Shown in pieces: positions 1 through 6,934 of a stretch of DNA of 8,066 nucleotides (position 1 is the stretch's first letter; each line of letters begins with the position of its first letter). Under the pieces are notes generated by a model that was given only the letters and a program-made list of their open reading frames with translations, was not told where the DNA came from and searched no databases. Made by a program: the position numbers and the translations under genes. The stretch comes from Octopus sinensis. Lineage: Eukaryota. The DNA is taken from NCBI RefSeq assembly GCF_006345805.1, contig NW_021828525.1:1-8066 (forward strand), read 5' to 3'.

Positions 1-117
1 GGCAAATTTCAGCGAAAGATGGTAGTTTCCTAACAAAACTTGAAAGGAACACGTGCTTGTATGTATAAGAGAACAACTAATTGACGGCATTGTTTCTGAT
101 CGTGTTGCAGACATCTT

Positions 118-830
118 GTATGTATGTATGTATGTATGTATGTGTGTATGTATGTATGTATGTATGTATGTATGTGTGTATGTATGTATGTATGTATGTA
201 TGTGTGTATGTATGTATGTATGTATGTATGTATGTATGTATGTATGTGTGTATGTATGTATGTATGTATGTATGTATGTTGTATGTATGTATGTAGGCAT
301 GTGTGTATGTATGTATGTATGTATGTATGTAGTATGTATGTATGTGTGTATGTATGTATGAGTATGATGTATGTGTGTATGTATGTATGTATGTATGTTT
401 GTGTGTGTATGTATGTATGTATGTATGTATGATGTATGTAGTATGTATGTGTGTATGTATGTATGTTGTATGTATGTATGTATGTATGTATGTGTGTATG
501 TAGTATGTATGTATGTATGTATGTATGTGTGTTATGTATGTATGTAGTATGTATGTATGTGGTATGTAGTGTATGTATGTATGTATGTATGTATGTGTGT
601 ATGTATGTGTGTATGTATGTATGTATGTGTGTTATGTATGTAGTATGATGTATGTATGTAGTATGTTATGTAGGTATTATGTATGTATGATGTGTGTATG
701 TATGTATGTATGTATGTATGTATGTGTGTATTGTATGTATGAGTATGTAGTATGTGTGTATGTATGTATGTATGTAGGTATGTATGTATGTATGTATGTA
801 TGTATGTATGTATGTATGTATGTATGATGT
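118..830. repeat. (TATG)n tetranucleotide microsatellite, nearly pure at both ends and degenerate in the middle
   Basis: Read directly: tatg repeated for about 710 bp with tgtg variants and small indels. It generates the MYVC/HTYI pseudo-ORFs. Confidence 0.98.
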
Positions 831-1195
831 ATGTTATGGTGTATGCTGTATGTATGAGTGTGTATGTAGGTATGAGTGGATGAATGAATCTATGGATAGA
901 AACACATACAGATATAAATGAATATATATATATATATATGTATGTGTGTGTATACTGTCGACGTCGTAAGAAATTAATATATATATATATGTACGTATGT
1001 ATGCATATCTGTATATATATATATATACATTTACATATATATGTATATTTATGCACATACACACATTTAATGATGTGTGTGTGCGTGTATATGTGTGTAT
1101 GTTTGCATAGGTATGTGCGTTAATGCGTACGTGTGTATGCGTATGTGTGTATATGCGAGTGTATGTATGAGTATGCGTGCACACGCACGCATGTG
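831..1195. repeat. Compound degenerate (TA)n/(TG)n low-complexity tract
   Basis: Alternating purine-pyrimidine runs (tatata, tgtgtg, tgcgtg) read directly. Confidence 0.9.
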
Positions 1196-1196
1196 T

Positions 1197-1260
1197 TAGG
1201 GTTATGATATTGATCAGTTTTGCTTATCCTGGGATCGGGATTCTAGGAAATCCCAGGGTA
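1197..1260. mobile_element. Possible left terminal/subterminal region of the decayed hAT transposon
   Basis: Starts TAGGG and contains degenerate CCCGGGAT-like motifs (cctgggatcgggattctaggaaatcccaggg). This resembles termini I recall for some invertebrate hAT elements, and a similar GC-rich motif lies at 4401-4438. Not a clean TIR pair and no 8-bp TSD seen. Confidence 0.3.
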
Positions 1261-1398
1261 TAATAAATTATGTTAATATTTTGAAATACAATACATTGCT
1301 TGGAAACATGTGGTTAATTAATTAAAATAAATCTCCAAGTTATGTAATGCATTTTCCTCCATGATTCGAAAAATCAAAATTGAAATGGTGACAGAGAT

Positions 1399-1590
1399 AC
1401 ACACACACACACACACACAAAACATACAGACACACACACATATATTAATATATATATTTATATATAGATGTGTATATATACATAGCTATAGATATAAATA
1501 TACACACATACACACGTGTATACACGCTACATGCATATGTATCTGTATCTATGTATATATGTATAAATGCATGTTGTGTGTATATATATA
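1399..1590. repeat. (CA)n/(TA)n compound microsatellite
   Basis: Read directly. Confidence 0.92.
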
Positions 1591-1592
1591 TT

Positions 1593-1718
1593 TTTTGTCT
1601 GACGAACTATATTTGTAAAGTAAGTGTTGATTAAAACTATTCGTAGAATAACATGTAAACGGAGCTTCAATATACAACTTATAACGAATTTCTAACAGGT
1701 TTCTTAGAGGTTGTATAT
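1593..1718 (+). repeat. 126-bp direct repeat, copy 1 (partner at 3911-4036)
   Basis: Ungapped manual alignment to 3911-4036 with 10 mismatches in 126 nt (about 92%). Ends in a (TA)n run that replaces the rest of the hairpin's right arm. Confidence 0.95.
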
Positions 1719-1805
1719 ATATATACATATATACATGCATACATATATGAATATATATATTTACACACAGTCACAGACACACGCATATATATATATATAT
1801 ATATA
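1714..1805. repeat. (TA)n/(CA)n microsatellite
   Basis: Read directly. Confidence 0.9.
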
Positions 1806-2218
1806 GGTTAATCCAAACGGGAAAACAGAAAAACAACAACACGTGGAACAATTACAGTATTATTATTATTAGGCGCTCAGGAAAAAGGAAGAAGGAGGGT
1901 ATTGACGTTCGAGCGGAGCTCTTCGTCGGAAACATAGGAGAAAGAAAGATCCCGAGACGGGAGGACAGAGAAAAAAAAAATTGCAGGTAGTCTTCACGAG
2001 GTCAAATACTAAAAGACGGAAGTAGTAAAAAAGGAGGAAAATGTTTTTTAAAAACAGGAGAGCTGAATCAAAGAGGGAATGGTAAAAAAGGTGTGCGAGA
2101 TGACAGGGTGTGTGTGGAGTGTGTGCGTGTGTGTGTATGTGTGTGGTATGGTGGACAATGGCTAGTAGCAGGCAGTAGTAGAATTAAAGGAGTGGTGTGG
2201 GGGTACCCTAGCAAGTCA
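1806..2218 (-). mobile_element. Probable non-coding 3' fragment of a Penelope-like element inserted in (TA)n
   Basis: Purine-rich block sharply bounded by (TA)n on both sides, with a minus-strand hammerhead-like motif about 100 bp from its left end. This is the same layout as the Penelope-like end at 4721-4890. No coding sequence recognised. Confidence 0.55.
1899..1935 (-). ncRNA. Degenerate minimal hammerhead ribozyme-like motif
   Basis: Minus strand reads guuu-CCGACGA-a-GAGC-ucc-GCUC-GAAC-GUC-aauac: core variant of CUGANGA, 4-bp stem II, GAAA lacking one A, GUC triplet, weak stem I. Confidence 0.45.
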
Positions 2219-2241
2219 GATATATATAATATATATATAGA

Positions 2242-2327
<86 letters not shown>

Positions 2328-2385
2328 GTATGTATGTATGTATGTATGTATGTATGTATGTATGCATGTATACATGTATGTATAT
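2219..2385. repeat. (TA)n followed by (TATG)n microsatellite
   Basis: Read directly. Confidence 0.97.
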
Positions 2386-2605
2386 TAAAAATACAATTTT
2401 TTCCGTTTATTGAAAACAAAGAAATAATTTATGGCAATGAGTTTCGCAAAGAACTTGTAAGAAAAAACAAGTGCTATCTATTTCTATGATAATAGATATA
2501 TGCGTTCAAGACATATTTTAATATCTTTGCATCGTATTTGAAATTCAATGAACACAAAACGATACGTTAGAATAAATCCCGGTTTATATGATTTAATTAA
2601 ATTTG

Positions 2606-3694
2606 ATCGGTACCATGGTCATGTAGCTTGGTTCTTAGTTTATATAGAAAATGTCACCTCGACAGAAAATGCCCTCGGATTCTATAGAAGGGGATAGACA
2701 CGTCTTTAGCGCATCCAGCAACAAAGTAACAGTCCTTATTTATTCATTACACTCTTATTTAGCTTATATTTATCCAGAAAAGGTTGAGGTCATGATGTTT
2801 ACTAACCTCTTGTACAAGTCAACAAGTCAAAAGAGCAGTTATGTAGTGCGCGTAAGACAGTTGGCGATCGTATTCAAAGAGCTTTTCAAAATTTTTACCA
2901 CCACAACTGCTGTACCACCCATAACACAATGCTTCTTTTCCTTTTTCTTATGAAATTATAAATGTTTAGCATACGAAATGGCAGAAACCTCCACTATTTT
3001 TAAGTTCGAGCATGATCTTTTACTTTTGTGTGTATTGATACCCAAATACTAGTGTTTATTTAGAGATCTTCATGCATTTACAGCTGTCGTTCTCAGCATT
3101 TTGTTTTGTTGCCTATGGACCATCTTCGCTCTCTATACTTCTGCACTGGACTCCCATAGCTGTTCAGTGTTTTGGAAAATCCTATTGTATTTTTATAAAA
3201 TATTATTTGGAATTGTTTAAAAAAACTTAACATATTTTGTGTTTTGCAGAAGCATAACCAGTTTATTTCACTTAAATGTTAACAGCTGAATCTTATATAG
3301 ACCCCAAATGGTCATATGGACTCCGGATGAAATTAAGGTGGAACTAATTCTTAATCTTGAAATTAGGGGGATAGAATTTCAGAGCATTAAGGGTGGGTTT
3401 TTTTTTTAATTATTGTATTGCAATGAACAAGAGCCATTATATGCTGTGGATGTTTTACAAAACAAAATGTACCATTTATCATCGAAAGAGGTTCTGATTT
3501 ATTTCCTTTTCGATAGAGATGCCTTCCAACATAACAAGTTTTGCAATTATTTCTTGGCATGTTTTTTTTTCGTCTTTACTAAGAACAAGGAGAGAAAAAT
3601 CGGTTTTGCTGATAATCTCTGTCGCTTGTTCCTCATAGCAGCGTTTTCCACAACCAAGCGTTTTGCATTCGTAAAACCTGGCCTGCCAAATTAT
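2606..3694 (-). pseudogene. Decayed, internally deleted hAT-superfamily transposase
   Basis: Manual minus-strand translation across frameshifts gives colinear hAT motifs: KTCQEIIAKLVMLEGISI (about 3565-3510), IMALVH (about 3442-3425), RFS (about 3293-3285), CVMGGTAVVVVK (about 2928-2893; cf. catalytic TDGAxVMxK), RQLSYAHYI..LYK (2866-2809; cf. CxxH motif HQLCxAH) and the C-terminal dimerisation domain LLDALKTCLSPSIESE-AFSV..KLRTKLHDHGTD (2721-2606; cf. PxSxxSERxFS). Confidence 0.75.
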
Positions 3695-3704
3695 TTAAAT
3701 TCTA

Positions 3705-3909
3705 CTCTATGTACAAGGTCTGAAATTTGGTAGAAGTGAGCTAGTCGATTACATCAGCCACATTGCTAAACAGGTACTTATTTTATATCGACACCGAAAG
3801 GATGAAAATGAAAGTCAACCACGAGGAAAATTAAACTCAGAACATAAACCCGGAAAGAACGTCGCTAACCATTTTGTACGGCATGCTAAAGATTCTACAA
3901 GTTCACTGC
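3705..3909 (-). mobile_element. Old, diverged tRNA-derived SINE related to the 7074-7848 SINE
   Basis: Aligns by eye with the 184-bp unit and head: gtcgattacatc, ggtacttatttt, ccgaaaggatgaaa, aaactcagaac, cgctaaccatttt, tgctaaagattct. The tail differs. Confidence 0.85.
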
Positions 3910-3910
3910 A

Positions 3911-4036
3911 TTTTGTCTGCCGAACTATATTTGTAAAGTAAGTGTCGATTAAAACTATTCGTAGAGTAACATGTAAATGGAGCTGCAATATACAACCTGT
4001 AACGAATTTATGACAGATTTCTTAGAGGTTGTATAT
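3911..4036 (+). repeat. 126-bp direct repeat, copy 2
   Basis: About 92% identical to 1593-1718 without gaps. Confidence 0.95.
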
Positions 4037-4046
4037 TGAAGCTCCA
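3978..4046. repeat. Inverted repeat / long hairpin
   Basis: tggagctgcaatatacaacct (3978-3998) pairs with aggttgtatattgaagctcca (4026-4046) at 20 of 21 positions, with further imperfect pairing inside and outside. Confidence 0.9.
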
Positions 4047-4153
4047 CTTGCTTCGTGAAATATTTGCAAACAAACGATTAAGACATATTTGTTTGAAGTG
4101 GGTTCGATCCAAACAAAATATATTACACGATATATCGAATACTAATATATCTG

Positions 4154-4172
4154 TGACGTCAATGATGAGTCA
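4154..4172. promoter_or_regulatory. Adjacent consensus CRE (TGACGTCA) and AP-1/TRE (TGAGTCA) motifs
   Basis: TGACGTCA at 4154-4161 and TGAGTCA at 4166-4172. Sequence match only; function not shown. Confidence 0.3.
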
Positions 4173-4515
4173 CATAGTTTAATTAAATGTACGGAAAATT
4201 ACGATTTTATAAAATGCAATGAAAATAGAAGCTAGAGAAAATATTTCCTGTCTTTTGTCGTTGTGCTAATGCTGTAAACTTTAAACAGCTTTCACTTTCA
4301 TTTTAAGATTAGTGTGTGCACGTTCCGTTATATGTATGTATGCATGTAGGTATCCATTAGGTTACAGGGTTCATCAGAATCTAGATATTTCAACGAGTAT
4401 GACGCCAGGAAATGCTGGGTACCGGGCTTGGAATATTCAGTTGACTTTAGCTAGCTGTATACTGCAAGTATGCATATCTGCACGTCAATCCATGTAGGAG
4501 CACACGTAGGCAAAT

Positions 4516-4589
4516 GCATATACATACATACATATATACATACATACATACATAAATATATATATATATATATATACGTAAGATATAAC

Positions 4590-4640
<51 letters not shown>

Positions 4641-4720
4641 TATATAATTGTATCTCTCTCTCTCTCTCTCTTATATATATATATACATATATATATATCT
4701 ATATATATATATATATATAT
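4516..4720. repeat. (CATA)n/(TA)n/(CT)n compound microsatellite
   Basis: Read directly. Confidence 0.97.
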
Positions 4721-4823
4721 TGGTAAAAACGGTAAGATAACAAAAGAAAGAAAGAGACCTCAATATCATGTAAATAGAGGTAATTTATCTATAAAATAAT
4801 ATGTTACAATTACTTAATAGTCA

Positions 4824-4886
4824 AGATAAAACGCTGAGTTTCAGATGCCGAAGTGGAAATCCACAACACCATCTCTTCGGTTATCT
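4824..4886 (-). ncRNA. Type I hammerhead ribozyme candidate at the PLE 3' end
   Basis: Minus strand: AGAUAA (stem I) CCGAAGA GAUG..GUGG-auuu-CCAC..CAUC (stem II) U GAAA C-ucagc-G (minimal stem III) UU^ UUAUCU (stem I'). Perfect 6-bp stem I and GUU triplet. Deviations are U4C and an extra U before GAAA. PLEs are known to carry minimal hammerheads. Confidence 0.7.
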
Positions 4887-5614
4887 GGCCATCTGAAAAG
4901 CGCTATGAAAAAATACCGTTATATAAAGGGAAATTACTGTGTTATAATTCCGCTACTTATATAAATTAAGCTACTCATACGCTCACATGTGCGCTCGCGG
5001 ACCCACGTGCGTACTTATACGTCACTATGAAAACGTACACATCTTCACTCGCATTTTTCGCCAAATGTGTACGCATATATATACAAACTCATACACACAC
5101 GCGCGTACCGTAAAAGTTCATACAAATGTCTATATACGCACAATCACAAGAAAAAACATGGTTTAAAGGTAACAGAAAAAAACATAAGGAAGTATACAAA
5201 GCGTAAAAACCCCGTTCATATACGGACACGCCCTTATGCACTCATACACACACACACCCATATATGTATAAACCCGTACATGTTTATATACGCATACACA
5301 CACGCATACACAAAAATGAATATACATATGCCCCCCAAAAACTTTAAAAATTGTAAAAATACTAAGTAAAAACGTCTATATATATATGTATTCTTATGCC
5401 CGCATACACGCACACATCTAAAACTGCCCACTCATACATATTCACACACGTGTACAAATGAATCTATATACACGTCTATATAGGCACAGGAAAAAATGCA
5501 GGATGGAAGAGAGTACAGAAAAAATTATTATGTGTGAAAATATAAAAATATATGAAATAATAAAAGGTATAATGAGATAAAAAAACTTTTTTGGATATAA
5601 TATAGAAACAAGTT

Positions 5615-5951
5615 CTATCTGTTTTCTTGAAGGAACCAAAACGTAACAAAAATTTTGTCACGATTGGGCAGATGACCCGAAAGTTCTGTCCTGAGTTTTA
5701 GACATGTAGTAGGGTCTAAGTGCTTTTCCAGATAAGCCATCTCTCCATGTCGCATAGACCGCACTTTCTGCTGCCGTGGTTGTAGGCTTACATTTGGCCA
5801 AAATCTTCCAATGGATGTTATAATTGACACCTTTATCTTTTAATGACCAAATAGGATTAGATAATTTTGTCGCTCTTCTTTTGTTCCAGTGCCTAAAACT
5901 CAAGGTGTGGTAATTGAACCTGGCCTTGAAATTACCCTCTGTAAGGCCCAT
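5615..5951 (-). pseudogene. PLE GIY-YIG endonuclease, C-terminal part (frameshifted)
   Basis: MGLTEGNFKARFNYHTLSFRHWNKRRATKLSNPIWSLKDKGVNYNIHWKILAKCKP / YNHGSRKCGLCDMERWLI / CLKLRTELSGH..RDK / FLL, matching the (Y)IGxTxxxFKxRxxxH...CxxCxxE pattern. About three frameshifts. Confidence 0.88.
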
Positions 5952-6544
5952 TTTATTGGATTTTTTCTACTAGATACTATAGGTAAGACTTTTCCTGACG
6001 TATATTTCGCCATCTACAAAGATGATGCCCTCGCTTTAACCGCTAATACAAATGGACCAGCACAGGATCGTTTTTAGGAAGGAATTATCCAATTAATGAA
6101 ATACTTCGGACTTAGTATAAACTATAAATACTAACCCTGACGGTTGTCATTTTCCTAGACGTTTCCTCCCCTTAGATCTAAATAAAATATTATAAGCCTT
6201 ATAGGAAGCCCAATGATAGACTTAGTTATATTAATGTAGGTTGATGCCATCCCTCTATAGTATTCAAAAATTTAGTTAAAAATATTAGTGAGAGAATTTC
6301 TAGCCTCTCCTCCGATAACGACATTTTAATAGCGTTGCCCCAGTTTATAATAAGGCTTTAAAAGATAGTAGTTTTAGCGAAAAAATAAAATATACACCTG
6401 TTACTAGCCCAACAGTAAAGAAGAGAAAAAATAGAAATAGGAAGGTCATCTGGTTTACACCCCCTTACTCATCCGAGGTGACCTTCAATATAAGTAAATA
6501 TTTATTAACACTGATAGATAGACATTTTCCAGTTAACCATACTT
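5952..6544 (+). pseudogene. PLE reverse transcriptase fragment (catalytic motif to thumb/linker), inverted relative to the endonuclease
   Basis: FIGFFLL..IYKDDAL (YKDD at 6015-6026)..NGP..FGLSI/TINTN/LTVVIFLDV/LDLNKNIYKPYRKPND..HP..RISSLSS/YNKALKDS..KRKNRNRKVIWFTPPYS..LIDRHFPVNHTYRK. Several frameshifts and one TGA. Confidence 0.9.
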
Positions 6545-6726
6545 ATAGGAAACGGTATCTTTAGTGGTTATAGAGTCCACGGTAGCTTCATAGATGATGG
6601 TCTCGGACATGCAAGTTCCATGTAGCGGGCACAATTTTTTATTCCTGCATGAACAGCTGTTTTCTTGTTGTGATTTTTGTGTGTTAGGTGTGATTGTATT
6701 TTTAAAATTGGTAGTTGAACTAAAAG
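6545..6726 (-). pseudogene. PLE Cys-rich linker and N-terminal half of the GIY-YIG endonuclease
   Basis: Open frame FSSTTNFKNTITPNTQKSQQENSCSCRNKKLCPLHGTCMSETIIYEATVDSITTKDTVSY: CxC..CPLxGxC followed by IIY (GIY equivalent) and the Y of YIG. Confidence 0.88.
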
Positions 6727-6783
6727 ATATATATATATATATATATTCTATGAATGAAGTATTACTTTCCTCATTCCTATTGT

Positions 6784-6854
6784 AGTAATTTCTCTTTATT
6801 CAATGGAATAAATTCCTCTATATAATATCGAGGTCACTCTTTTGTTGTCTTACC
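6784..6854 (+). mobile_element. Diverged inverted copy of the PLE 3'-terminal sequence
   Basis: agtaatt..ataaattcctctatataatatcgaggtc..tcttttgttgtcttacc aligns with gaps to the reverse complement of 4731-4814 (agtaatt..ataaattacctctat..atgatattgaggtc..tcttttgttatcttacc). Confidence 0.65.
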
Positions 6855-6934
6855 ATTGTCAAGAAATGATGGGGAAGAAACACAGTCAGAAAGGCACACA
6901 CACTTAAATACATACATATGTGTGTGTGTGTGTT

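Larger units (their letters stand above)
4721..6726 (-). mobile_element. Rearranged, 5'-truncated Penelope-like retroelement (PLE)
   Basis: Contains a GIY-YIG endonuclease with Cys-rich linker (minus), a PLE-type RT/thumb fragment (plus) and a 3' hammerhead candidate. Bounded by (TA)n at 4720 and 6727. Confidence 0.9.

Noticed and set aside
53-1184. Cluster of MYVC/HTYI-repeat ORFs
   Set aside because: Translations of (TATG)n, (TA)n and (TG)n, which contain few stop codons. No coding signal.
1361-2419. ORFs 1361-1618, 1549-1740, 2093-2413 and 2216-2419
   Set aside because: Mostly microsatellite translations (HT, YI, VC repeats).
2651-2953. 100-aa plus-strand ORF
   Set aside because: Antisense to the hAT transposase motifs, with no recognisable domain.
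3232-3260. Splice-acceptor-like ttttgtgttttgcag
   Set aside because: No convincing exon frame or donor site follows, and it lies within the decayed transposon.
3301-3400. About 100-bp block with acccc...gggt ends as a small MITE inside the transposase
   Set aside because: The terminal match is only about 4 bp with no TSD, too weak to call.
3413-3733. 106-aa plus-strand ORF
   Set aside because: Antisense shadow of the transposase remnant.
4090-4120. ggttcgatcc as part of a tRNA gene
   Set aside because: No A box, cloverleaf or acceptor stem.
4162-4175. ATGATGA as a snoRNA C box or hammerhead core
   Set aside because: No CTGA D box at a suitable distance, and no stem II plus GAAA downstream.
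4470-5661. ORFs 4470-4799, 5067-5369, 5234-5431, 5442-5639 and 5476-5661
   Set aside because: Low-complexity TA/CA/A-rich sequence in the microsatellite and PLE 3' region. Only the first codons of 5476-5661 (KFLL) belong to the endonuclease tail.
5889-6077. 62-aa ORF as a standalone gene
   Set aside because: A chimera of antisense endonuclease sequence and the RT fragment across the 5951/5952 junction.
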